Shown here piece by piece: positions 23,650-36,349 of a stretch of 64,000 bases of DNA (positions within the stretch are counted from its first letter, which is position 1; each line of letters starts with the position of its first letter). Position numbers and translations under genes: made by a program. The notes beneath the pieces are model-generated. The model was given only the letters and a program-made list of their open reading frames with translations, had not been told where the DNA came from and searched no databases. This DNA comes from Nageia nagi. Lineage: Eukaryota; Plantae; Pinophyta. The stretch lies in NCBI GenBank assembly GCA_050084985.1, contig JBITNC010000002.1, forward strand, positions 31,558,001 through 31,622,000, read 5' to 3'.

Positions 23650-26600
23650 CCTCAATGTTTGAGTAGTTCTAGATGCTTCTGTAGAAAATTCTCATCTTCC
23701 CATGTGGAATCTTCAACAGGTAGGTTCTTCCACTTAATGAGATACTCTAAAATTGATCGATTTCTTAGCTTACAAATTCTTGATTCAGTGATTACTTCTG
23801 GCTCCAATATAATTTTCCCTTCCTCATCGAGTTCTGAAAGTGTAGTTTGAATTGGGATCTTGTCACCGATAACCTTCTTTAAGCATGAAACATGAAAAAC
23901 TGGGTGTACTCATGAAGAAGCCAAAAGCTCCAATTTGTATGCCATACTACCAATCTTTTGCAACACCTTATAAGACCCATAGTACTTGGGAGATAGTTTG
24001 TTATCCTTCTTAGATTGCTTGAGGGACATCTGTTTATATGCTTGTAGCTATAAAAACACCCAATCACCCACTTCAAAACTTCTTTCACTACGATGTTGAT
24101 CTGCTTGTTGTTTCATTCGATTCTGTGCCAAGCTTAGGTTATCCTTTAAGAGTTGGAGAGTTGAAATTGCACATATCAATGCCTCAACATCCTCATCCTT
24201 TCTTGAGAGTGCATCAACCACAACATTTTGCTTCCCTTTTTTATAAATGATTTCAAAGTCATAACCCAACATCTTTGTGACCCATTTTTGTTGCTCTTTT
24301 GAATATAGTCTTTGTTCTAAGAAGTATTTAAGACTATCATGATCTGTTTTGACCTTGAAGTGTCTTCCCATTAGATAGGGATGCCATTTCTTCAAGGCAT
24401 GTAGTATTACCATCATTTCCTTCTCATAAATAGGTTTATTTAAATTCTTTCCCTTTATTATATGACTCTTAAAGGCAATGGGTCTTCCATTTTGCATTAA
24501 AACAGCACCAATGCCATTTCTTGAGGCATCACATTCCATAATAAAAGTTTTTGTGAAGTTTGGTGTAGCTAATATAGGAGCTTTGCACAATGCTTCTTTA
24601 AGATATTCAAAGGCCTTAGTTGCTTCTAGAGTCCAAGAAAATGCATCTTTCTTCAGTAATGTTGTTAGAGGTGCAGCGATTTGCCCATAATTCTTAACAA
24701 ACTTGCGATAATACCCCATTAACCCCAAAAATCCTCTAAGGTGCCTTAAGTTAGTGGGAAGTCTCCATTCCTTGATGGCTTTAATTTTATTAGGGTCTGG
24801 ATTAACACCCTCATGGACATGATATGACCCAAATATTCTACCTCTTGTACCCCAAAGAAACATTTGGATGATTTTGCATACAATTGTTGTACCTCCAATA
24901 GTTTGAGCACCTTATCAACATGATCTTCCCAAGACTTGCTGTAGATTAGTATATCATCAAAGAATACTAACACAAATTTTCTAAGGAAGGGTTTGAAAAT
25001 AGATTTCATCAAACTTTGAAAAGTGGAATGTGCATTAGTAAGGCCAAAGGGCATGACCAAGAATTCATAATGACCTTCATGAGTTCTAAATGCTATTTTT
25101 GGAATGTCTTCTATCTTCATTCTAATTTGATGATATCCCGAGCGAAGATCTAGCTTGGTGAAGTATTTTGCTCCATGTAATTCATCCAATAATTCATCAA
25201 TGATAGGAATAAGAAATTTATCTTTAATATTGAGCTTGTTTAGCTCTCTATAATTTGGACACATGCGCCATGCTCCCTCCTTCTTAAGAACCATTACTAC
25301 TAGGGAAGAGAAAGAACTTTGGCTTGGTCAAATTATAGCTATTTCTAGCATTTTTGCAATCATACATTCAATTTCACTCTTCTGAGCATATGGATATTTG
25401 TAAGGTCTGATGTTGGGAGGAACACTTCTTGGAATTAAGTTAATACCATCATCATGATCTCGATTAGGGGGGAGACCTTTGGGAGTATCAAATACCTTGG
25501 GATACTTATCAATGACTTTTTGGAGATCTAGAGAATTGCCTAGCTTAGATGTTTGGACATATAGTGAGCATAATTGTATAATTACACTACTTCTTTACTT
25601 CCTCAAAATTTTTTTCATGCCATTAGAGCTGATTATCTTACAATCTTTCACTTCGATACCCCTTAATTCAAACTCTTTTCCCTCCCAAGAAAATTTCATG
25701 AAAAGTTTTTTAAAATTAAAAGCCACTATTCCCAATGATTGTAACCATTGGACCCCTAAGATAATATCAGTAGCACCCATTGGAATGACAATCATTAGAC
25801 TTTTCAGTACATATTCCCCTATGGTTAGATTAATATTATGGCACTTCCCTGAGCAATTTATAGTTCCTCCATCTGCAACCATCACTTGAAACTTTGGCGC
25901 TAGATATATGAAGCAATTCAAATCTTTGGCTATCTTGGAATGAATAAAATTATGTGTACTACTAGAGTCAATCAACACTATTACCTTTTTCTTCTTGATA
26001 TATCCTTCTATCTTGAGAGTTTGAGGAGCAGTAATTCTAGCCAATGCATTACAAGATATGGTGGGAGTCATTTCTTCAGTAGTAATCTCTTATAATTCTT
26101 TGGGTGTGGATGATTTTTCTTCTTCTTATTCTTCTTCCTCTTCACATTCTATGTAGAATAATTTCTTCTCCCCACACTTATGTCCTTTATTGTACTTGCT
26201 ATCACAATTGAAGCATAGACCCTTTGTTCGTCTTTCATCCATTTGTTGAGGTGTCAACCTTGTAGGTTTAGGTAAGTGAGAAGAAGGAACATTATTTTCT
26301 TTATAGGTGTTCGAGGGAAACCTTTTAGTAGCCATTGTCATATTTTTACTTTCAACCTTCTTTGCCATCCTAAAATCCATCTCTAAGGATGTTGGTTCAA
26401 ACAGATGCACCTCATGTTGAATGTTATCCTTTAAGGTTCCCATAAAGAGATCCAACAATTTATCACTTGGTATGTCATTCACTCTAAGACTCAACTTTTG
26501 AAATTGTTGAATGTGCTCCATCACTGAACCTTTTTGCCTTAGATTTGTCAATTGAGTAAAGAAGGAATTATTCTTAACATCCTCATGGTAGGCTATCAGT

Positions 26601-27200
26601 TCCTCTGTAAAAATGGACCAAGATATAATAGAATCCTTTTTACATTCACAAAGCCATTGGTACCATACAACCTGCTCAGGCTCTAGATATAAGGATGTAA
26701 TAGTTACTTTTTGTGATGTTGGTACTTGGTGTACATAAAAAAAGTGCTCCATTTGAAATAGCCAAGTGATGGGGTCCTTTCCATCAAACTTCCTCATGTC
26801 GATCTTGGGGAGTTGTATTCCCCTTGAGAACCATGCTTGATTACTTCCATTAGTAGAAGCATATCCTTCTGAATTAGGCTTATTAATGAAGGGTTTATCT
26901 CCTTAAACAATATCATTATTTTCTTGATAACCTTGGGCCATATCAACATCTTTAGGAATCTTTCCCTCTGGGTTTTGTATGAATTGAAAAATCTTTTCCA
27001 TATTTTGATCCATATTAGTCGCCAAATCCTCCCTCAAATTGATTAAATCAATTGATATTACCATCCCTTTTGTCAAATACCTTTTTAATTCCTCTAAATC
27101 ACCCTTTTTTACACACCCTTTAACCAATTCTTCCAATTGGGATATTCAAAAGGATATGTCTTCACTTTCTGCTATAGTCATGGATGAACCCTTTGGAGGT
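23650..27200 (-). pseudogene. Gypsy gag-pol with stops and frameshifts
   Basis: gag (RKFDGKDPITWL; LRQKGSV; CFNCD..YNKGHKC), protease (VLIDSSSTHNFI), RT ([11 protein letters not shown]; [10 protein letters not shown]), RNase H (ECDASRNGIGAVL; DALSR), integrase tail (GPY-like) and chromodomain (EYLIKWKNLPVEDSTWEDE). Confidence 0.93.
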
Positions 27201-28522
27201 CTAGGTGGTGTAGCAATTTTTTTTGGTGGCATTTTGACTGAGTATTACTGTGGAGTAGGAATTTTCCAAATGGTTTAGTTAAAGGTCCTCATAGAAGTGT
27301 CCAGTTCTCACAAACCATGATATACCGTAGGGTCCAACAATAGTACTCGATCCAATATTTCAGAGCTCCAACCAAAGAGGATAGATCGTACCCTTGGTTG
27401 TACTACCTGACTACCTTTTGGTATGTGTGGATAGTATCCTTGAGTGCTATTCTTGGTGTATTACAAAAAAAAGGATGGTAAAAAGGTTAACTTGGTTGGT
27501 TTCAAGATTTTAGGGGGTCTCCCTATATACGTAAGGTATGTGGGAGCTCAAATATGTGATAGTGCTATCTAATGCATAACTGTTCAAAAAAGGCCCTTGC
27601 TAATATACTCATGGTAAATGAGGGAATCCTAAAAGACCTATTTATATACCATGTACATGCATGATCATGATGGCCTCTCTATATACTCAAAGGTACGTGA
27701 GAGAATCCAACAGCGGCCTAAGTGATATACTACGAGTACATTGTAGGAGACCATAATTCCCTGGGATGAAGTGCTAGTAAAGTAATGATAGCTCTTATTT
27801 TTAAATATGCTAGAACATGTCTATACCTACAATACTCTCCTCTTTCTCCTCTTTCCAACAGTTTTTGAATCACCCCAGATAGACCTTCCAATCAAAATAT
27901 ATGCAAATTTTAAAAAATTATACCTTTTTAAATCATGATTTGGAGACTATTCTATTATTTGACCTTACAACTGATGTAAATATAAAATTTAACCCCTTTA
28001 GAGTTTTAAATTTCTACCCATGGTAGCCTCAAATGTCTTCTTTTCAATGCCATAGGTTTCATCAAATTTTGATATTCCAAGAGGAATTGGCTGCAACTTT
28101 CCCAAAATGTGCTAATTTTTGGATTTTTTAGAAGAGCAAACGTTGTATAAAGTGCCACATGTCACTTGTTTATTACCAAACATTTAAAATTATACCTGAT
28201 AAAATTTAGTCCATATACTAACTAATCCAATGGGTTTCACAAAATTTGAAGCTATAAAACTTTAGATATACACTTTTTAGCTAGAACACCTATTTCTGAC
28301 CTGCTTTTGAGACTAGTCACAAACCCTAACGTAACCTAAGTGTAAATTGAAAAATATAGTGAATTAGGAGCTTAAATTTGAACTAAAACATCTTTGGCAT
28401 GTCTTCTAAAAACTCAATAAATTTCATAATTTGAAACCTTGCAAAAAAAAATTGGTAGCAAAAATGCCATGATGACTAGTTTTGAGCAAGGAAACCGTAG
28501 AATCATTTGCTCTGATACCAAA

Positions 28523-28828
28523 TGTTATGAACCAAGCATAAAATCATAAGAGAAAGAGCTCAATGCCTTGAATAAGAGATAAAATTATTAATAATAAGCC
28601 ACTTTTAGGGGGAAATATCCTTTACATTACATCAAATACACAACAATAGACAATACAAATGATAATACCTTCTTAGTATATATAGGAGTCCAAGGGTTGC
28701 CACTACAATGAAAGGACACTAGCCGACATAACAATAATAATGTAAGGGAATAACAATAACCATAGTGGGTTTCTATGGGAAACATAATAACAATATATGG
28801 GCTACATGAGTAGTATAGGGACCTAACA
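28523..28828 (-). repeat. Gypsy 5' LTR
   Basis: TG...CA termini, adjacent PBS. Confidence 0.95.
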
Positions 28829-29064
28829 GAGTTCTTCACATATGGATAACTAAATAGTGTCAAAAGACACATATGAGTTCCTCACATGTGGATAACTGAA
28901 CAATGCTAGATTAGCTAATATTTTGCTCAAAAATTGTACAAGTTCTTCACATACAGTGAACTTACCATAAAGGTGTACAACAAAATTAACACTATACAAC
29001 ATAAAATTCTCCTAGAGGTGCAGTTATCATCATAAACATAGATTCAATATAAGAATTCATACTT

Positions 29065-32000
29065 CATTCCCCCTTGAGGGAAAATTTTTGAATCTGATAG
29101 CATCCTTAACCTTACTTAACTAAGCTTCATGGAGGGGCTTAGTGAATAAATCAATGAAGTTCAAGGTTGATGGATAATACTCCAGGTGTATGATACCATC
29201 AAGAACCTTTTCCTTGATGAAATGGGCTTGGATTTTCACATGTTTTGTTCTTTGATGGAACATAAGATTCTTATCCAAAGAAATAGCCAACTAATTTTTT
29301 AAATAAATCATATATGGGCCAGCTTTCTCATACTTAATAAGGAAAATAATGATTTTAGTAGAGATAATAATCACAACATGTCTACACTCCTCCATTCCAA
29401 ACTTTTGCAATATGTCTGATATATACTTAGATTGACTAAGATAAGTACAATCCTTGTATTGGTATACTTTCCTTTAGAGGTAATAGTACAAGAAATCAAA
29501 ATTAGTCATTTCAAATGTTGCCTTAAGTTTGGATATGCACTCTTGAATGATTTCATCATTATTTCCAGTTATCAAAAGATCATCCACATAAACGAGAATC
29601 AAGACCACATCTTTTTCTTGATTGAACACATATAGATCAAAGTCAGAGAAGCACTTAGAGAATCCAATATTTATAAAGTACCCTAAAATCTTCTTATACC
29701 ATGCTCTAGGTGCTTGTTTAAGTCCATATAAAGACTTCTTTAGCTTACACATAAATGACTCTTTACCTTTCACAATAAACCCTTCTACTTGATTCATGTA
29801 GATTTTCACATCTAAGTCACCATTAAGAAATGCACTCTTAATATTAAGTTGAAAATTTTTCTCCTTGAGCTATTGAAAGAGCAAAGATTATTCTGATAAT
29901 AGGCATCTTTATCATAGAAGCAAAGGTTTCCTAATAATCCACATCATATTTTTAAGTAAAACCTTTGGCTACTAACCTTACCTTATATTTCTTAATATCT
30001 CCAAATGAATTGAACTTGACTTTATAGATCCACTTATTACCAATCAAATTTTTCTTATTGGATAAGAAACCAAGTCCTAAGTTTCATTTTTCATAAGCAT
30101 CTCATACTCCACTTTCATGGCTTCCATCTAGCACTCGTGCTTTGAATCTTCTTTGAATGATAATGGCTCATTATTGTTATCAGTTTTGGAAAATAAGAAT
30201 TTTTTCAAGGTCATGCTCCTAGTTATCCTTTGGGTTGGAGATTTTTTCTCTTGGGGTGACTTGTATATATCAATATCCAACCAGTTAGGTACAATTGAAG
30301 AGTCAACTAGATCATCAAAATCCTCATTAGAAGTAGATTCCTCAAGAAGTTCATTGAACTTTACATCCTTTGATATGAAACACTACTTTGTAGGATAGAG
30401 AGTAGAGCTTGTAGCCTCTATGATAAGTATCATAACCCATAAAGATGCATTTTTTAGCTCTTTTATCTAACATTTTCTTTTTCTCATAAATAATGTAGGA
30501 GAAAGATTCACAACCAAATACCCTAAGGTGCAAAATGTTAGGTTTTATACCTAACCATGCATTAAAAGGAATTTTATTCTAAATAACTTTTACTATTCAA
30601 GGTGTAAATAGTAGTGCTCACACCTTCACCCCACAAGAAACTAGAAATATTACCCAACATGCATCTAGCCATCTTCATGATTATCCTATTTTTTCTTTTA
30701 TTAACACCATTTTGTTGAGGAGTGTAAGGAATCATAAACTACCTCTTGATTTCATACTTAGCATAATAGATATTAAACTCATTGCTATTATATTCTCCCC
30801 CATTATCTGATCTCAACATCTTGATTTTAAGGTTAGTTTAATTTTCAACCAAGGCTTTAAAATTTTTAAAACTCTCAAAGGTTTGATTTTTATGCTCAAG
30901 TAGATAGCAAAAAGTCATCCTACTAAAGTCATCGATGAAGGTAAATACATAAGATGCTCCCCCAAGTGACTTAGTTTGAAACGGATCCATCAAATTTGAA
31001 TGGAAAAGCTAAAGAGGTTGAGATATCATTGTTACCTTATCTTTTTTGATTCTTTGTCTATTCATCTTACCTAAGATGCATTTATCACATAAACTAATTA
31101 AAAGTGAAATTGAAGGTAAACCTTCCATAAGTTCTTGGTATTTCATGACTCGAATACTCTTGTGGTTAAGGTACCCTAGTCATCGGTGCCAAAGATTACC
31201 TCCAGAACACATATTTGTAGCAAGACATATCTTCATTGGAACTTGATCCACAATGTTAAGATCATCTTTCATTGATCCTTTAACCAACATGAAAAGTCCC
31301 TTCTTAATGCACTAAGAGTGCGAGTCAAACTCAAAAGAATATCTTTTTCTTGCAATTTGAATCATGGAGAGAAGGTTCTTCTTAAGCTTAGGAATATAGA
31401 GATATTTTCAAGAACTTTCTCATGAATCAACATACTCTCAATTCCTTGGACTTCAAATATTGAATTATCACCTACCACAACTAAATTTTTCTTATACTTA
31501 TAAAAATTTTCAAACTTATCTTTTTCAAAGCATAGGTGATTAATGCAACTAAAGTCAACAATTCAATTAGATGAGAAGGAATAAGTCATGAAGTAGAGCC
31601 TAACAATAAGTTCAATTTTGATATTCTTCTTTCCTTTAAAGTTCTTTACATTTCTAATGCCTTTATTCTTTTCTTCTCTTTTCTTTTTGTAGAAATCAAA
31701 TTCTTTATGACCATGGATGCCACAAAAGTTACAATTTCCATCAAACTTTACCTTAGAATTTGGTTTGATTACCTTTTCTTTTCCATCTATTTGCTTAAAG
31801 TAGTTGTTATTGCCATTATTGTTGTTGTTGTTATTGTTGCCCCTTTTCTCAAACCATTTGGAGGAAGAAGGATAATATTTTTTATGATGATTGAACTTCT
31901 TCTTGAAAGGAGTTTTAGTTGCTCCCAGAGCAATATTATTATCCTTTGGATAAGAGATCAACATCTTTTTGGTAAGAGTTTCCTCATGCTTTAGAAGGAG

Positions 32001-32550
32001 CCTAAAAAGATTTTTAAAGGAGAAAACTTCTTCTTCATCATCAAGCCTGGTCTTAATTACCATCATAAAGTTACCAAATTTTGAAGAAAGGTTTTAGAGA
32101 ATGATGAAGACCATGAACTCATCATTGATCCAATTGCATCCACAAACAACAAGTTGGGTCTTAAGGTTAATGATTTTGTTCAAGTAGATGGCACTATTTT
32201 CATATTCCCCTTGATAAGATTGAAATAACTTTTGGAGAATAGTGAACCTTTTTGAAAACTTAGATCTAAGGTAAATTTTTTTGAGCTTATCCCAAGCTTC
32301 TTTTGCTAAGGTTGATGATGAAATCATAGGGATCACATCATCTTACATTTCATAAAAAATCATGGAGGTTGCCAATTCATTCTTCATGTTGTGTGCCTTA
32401 AATGCCTTCTCATTTGTAGGAGCAACAGGGTTCTTATTAACTATTTGCCAAAGGTTTCTTGCTTGTAATTCAGCTCTCATCCGAGGTTCCCAAATACCAA
32501 AGTTGGAACCATTGAGAATGTGCTTGGGTAAGAAGGTGTCTCCTATTTGC
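29065..32550 (-). pseudogene. Copia gag-pol, degenerate
   Basis: gag (AKEAWDKLKKIY; zinc knuckle CNFCGIHGHKEFDF), GAG-pre-integrase (WHR*LG), integrase core (RSDNGGEY; YTPQQNG), HLRVFGC, RT (LVYVDDLLITG) and RNase H tail. Many stops and an internal deletion. Confidence 0.92.
31800..31840. repeat. (TTG/TTA)n trinucleotide tract, poly-Asn in gag
   Basis: Encodes GNNNNNNNNGNNNY on the minus strand. Confidence 0.85.
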
Positions 32551-33402
32551 TACACAAGAATGTGAAAGTGTTAACCTTTGTAAGCATGCATTCTAAAATA
32601 ACATTATTTTTTATTTTTAATCATCCATACATGTTTTATCTTTCAAGTAAATCAATCATACATGTTTAATTTAATAAAAAAAATGCTTAATTATTAAACA
32701 ATGTTCACATGTGCAAATGTTTATTATAGAAACTCATAAACAATCCATGTACCCAACACCTTATCATCACCAAGTATCATAAATGTAAAGTGATAAAGTT
32801 TAGGCTTATTTTTTTGTCTAAAATTAGGCCTTCACCTAGATGCCTACAAGGTGGAGCCTAGGTACTACCAATCTTTAACAAGTTCATCTTGGGTAGTAAT
32901 ATACTATCACAAGGAGGAGTACCTTCTATTTTTCAAGCTTATGATGTATGTTGAATTGGCCAAATTATTAATCTTGATTAGGTTTCAAGTTGTCCTCCTA
33001 GGTTATTAGAATAATCTTTGAATGGATGTGCAGACATGTAGTATCATTACACATATTCCTGTCCACCTATTGGAGTTATATCCATACCAATAGAGGACTT
33101 AGCGGCAATTGAAAAGTACAAACTTTTCACCTTTTGGATCGTTGGACTAAAGGCTCTAGTCTGCATATTCTCACCTCATGGCTCCCCAAACAAGCCATGT
33201 TACAAAATGTACATGCATATGTGTTCATTTTAAGGGGTTGCACATTTTAATGTTTATGATTTTTGCATAAATAAATAAAGCAAAGATGTAAAACATAAAG
33301 TAAAGTGCATAAATGAAACATCATTCATTCATACTTTGAAACTTAAAAGTCTAATGGGTTTTGTTTACTAACCCCTAAAGGACATCTTTACACAAATACA
33401 TA

Positions 33403-33550
33403 TTTTGCACAAGTCCATTCATTAACTTTGCATAGGGAATAAACATGCATCATTTCCATAGTTTGCACAAGTCTATTTATTAACTTTGCATAAGGAATAA
33501 AGATAAATACTTAGCATGCATCATTTCCAAGTCCATCTTTGCATAAGGAA
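33403..33550. repeat. ~59-bp imperfect tandem duplication in the Copia leader
   Basis: TTTGCACAAGTC.ATT.ATTAACTTTGCATA.GGAATAAA x2 plus a partial copy. Confidence 0.8.
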
Positions 33551-35460
33551 CAGGCGAGATGCGAGATCTAAATATTTTAAGTAAAAATCTCATAAAAATT
33601 CTCCCTTTTTACTTAAAAAAATGATCTCAAAGCAACATGATCCCTTAAACTAATATGCTAGTTTACCTGAGAACTTTGACTAAAAAATGCCAAGTTTTAT
33701 CAAAAATTTATTTAAGTAATTATGTAAAATTGTTATGTTTGTAAGCATCAAGGGGAATTGTAAATACAATTTTGATTAAGGAATAAAAATTTAGTGTTAA
33801 GTAAAAAATATTACTCCATATTAAAAAATTCCTTCTAATATTAAAGCTAAAGGTAAGAGGTTCATCTTTTTACTATAGTACTTAAAGAAAGTACCCCTTT
33901 AATACTTCTAAAAAATAACACATAGCTAAAAAAAAGGCAAGTGTTTATTTTTAAACCTTAAACATAATACCTAAATGTTTAAGTATTTAAAGTAAATTAC
34001 TAAAAACGGTCTAAATTACCTTGGAATATGCCTTAAGTACAAGTCATCATATTGAAGGAGTAGGTTCATAGTCATCAATACAATATATTAACTTTAAGTA
34101 TACGTTATGCAAACAATTAATGCTTCTATGTGCATTAAATGAAAAAAGAATACTTGCAAGTAATGCAAAGTGAATGCACTAATAGGTTAAAGAAGAGAAG
34201 CGGCCAGAAGGAGGGCATGAGTGGGCATGTTGGTAGAGTCGTGTAGAGGTCAAGAGGTTGGATGAAGGAGGGCTAACAAAGGGTTGAGCAGCCAACATAG
34301 GTGGTGCAGCAAAGGCTAACGCACATCACACTTAGCCATGGGAAGTAATAAGACCTGCAAGGAGGCACCAGAGGATAGCCGATGGAGGGAGACCAAAGTC
34401 AGTAGTGGAGGTGATTGAATTAAAGGAGAGGGTGAGAAAGCCAGGTGATGTTCAGAGGGCATGGTCTAGGGTGGAGCGATCGATAGGTAAAGTTTTGGGG
34501 TGGAGCAGCCAGAGGGAGGAGAATACAATGCGAGGGGAAGTGATGCAGTAGGATGGGAAGAGAAAAAATCCTTTTTCAAAAAAGGAGGGTGCCATTATCA
34601 TGGAGTGTGCCACCACTGCAAGGGTGAGGTTACCATCGTTGAACCCTTCCAACCATGTACAACTTGCATCACCCAAGAAAAAAAAGGTCTGCATTTCACA
34701 CGGATGAACAAAGATCTGTTGGAATAAAAGAAAATGGAGGGTGGATTCTGAAGCCAAGCTGCCTCAAGCATGAGCTTGATTGGGAGGAAAAACTCTCAAA
34801 ATACATCAGCTCATGGAATAGAGAAGATACCACGAGCTTGGTCTAAACAAAAATACAAGGCGTTTGAATAAAAAAAAGACTCATCGCCTCCCATTTTTTT
34901 AGAATATATAAATTTTTTGAAAAATGCCTCCTCACATTTGAAAGAAATAGTTATTCTTTTGTAAAGTAAATGCTCAAATAAAGCATTTTTTATATAAAAA
35001 AATATATTTTTTGAAAAAAAATGCACATTTTTGCCAAATAAATTTAAGTTAGTATAATATATCTACTCCTTCCCTCTTCCTTTTTTTAACAAGTTAAAGA
35101 AGAAGAATTTTTTTTATAAAAGATATAGTATACTAAATGCAATTTTTATATACTATCCTTTTAAGTAAAAAAAATATATCATTGTATTAAGCATTTTTTT
35201 AGAAATGCTACTAACATAAGAGGTTAGTATAAAGAAGAAGAAAAATTGCATTATATTGTTTAATTTGATCATAATTTACAAAAAAAGAAGTTAACACAGA
35301 AAATAATATTGTAGTAGCAAAATGTAATAATCCAAAAATAACCAAGGAGGAGGAATTTATACTTTCTCTTGAGTTTACCTCAACAATGGAGTGTAAGATG
35401 AATGAATGAAGATCACTAAGATGTTGAGGAAGAGCTTCCACACTAAGCTTTGATACCAAA

Positions 35461-35962
35461 TGAAAGGATTAAACAATAACCAATAAAATCCTAAATTACC
35501 AAGATCACATAAAAGCTTACTCAAAACATCAATACTCATGGATAGACAATTTCACAATGTGACTCAAGATATAAAGTGGTTCCTCCAACTAGGAATACAT
35601 CCACTAATTAGATTTTACTTCATTCACAAAGATAACTCTCTTACAATCCTCCTAACTTCATCTCTTAAACACTATCCTATAGCATAACTTTGTTTCAGAA
35701 ATTAGTGAGTGATCACAGAGAGGGAGCCTTCTATTTATATGCTATAATCCCCCTTTGGATCACCCTTTTAACCATTGTACAAAGGTATGACATGCTACTC
35801 CCTTTTACCCAAGGACCATGCTCATGACATGGAGTGTAGGATAAGTTACATTATCATATTCATTTAAATACTTGAGGTATCTAGTGATACCATTAAGTAT
35901 TAGTGAATTTACAAAGAGGATTATTACAAAACCTTTACAATAATGCATTATACATTTCAATA
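35461..35962 (-). repeat. Copia 5' LTR
   Basis: Direct repeat of 22314-22816, adjacent PBS, followed by the TSD. Confidence 0.95.
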
Positions 35963-36349
35963 GTAGATAATGGTTAAATATATATTTGATGTACATGCAT
36001 TAATGGTAGGTATAATGATGATGGAAAGAATATGCCAAACTGATGTGATAAGTAGTATAAATAGGTAGACTTAGAAGCTAAAATGATCAAATATTTAGCA
36101 TTGTTTCCCTTTGAAGTATATGTGTATTATGGATTTTAAGACTTAATACATGTGTTTCCCTTCTCTAAGCTAAGGTTATTAGTGTGTTAATGTTAAATGT
36201 ATGAATATGTATAAAAATATCTGAGGTTTTGTGGTGTGATTGGTTGACCAAGCCTAGGCTAGATTTATCTATATCCTTATGTTTAATATTAGAATAAAAC
36301 CTTGAACATGGTGTCATGACTGTATTTATGGTCATGGGAAGTTTTTAGG

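Larger units (their letters stand above)
23316..28828 (-). mobile_element. Nested Ty3/Gypsy chromovirus (Reina/IFG-like), integrase core deleted
   Basis: LTRs 23316-23621 and 28523-28828 (about 17 differences in 306 bp). TSD GAGTT at 23311-23315 and 28829-28833. PBS TGGTATCAGAGC at 28509-28520 (minus). PPT at 23622-23636. Has gag, PR, RT, RH and a chromodomain. Confidence 0.97.
22314..35962 (-). mobile_element. Full-length, decayed Ty1/Copia LTR retrotransposon
   Basis: LTRs 22314-22816 and 35461-35962 (about 9% divergent by eye). TSD GTAGA at 22309-22313 and 35963-35967. tRNA-iMet PBS (TGGTATCAAAGC on minus, 35447-35458). PPT at 22817-22827. Gene order gag-PR-INT-RT-RH. Confidence 0.97.

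Noticed and set aside
15673-32565. Many short plus-strand ORFs opposite the Copia and Gypsy pol genes
   Set aside because: Antisense shadows of minus-strand TE coding sequence.
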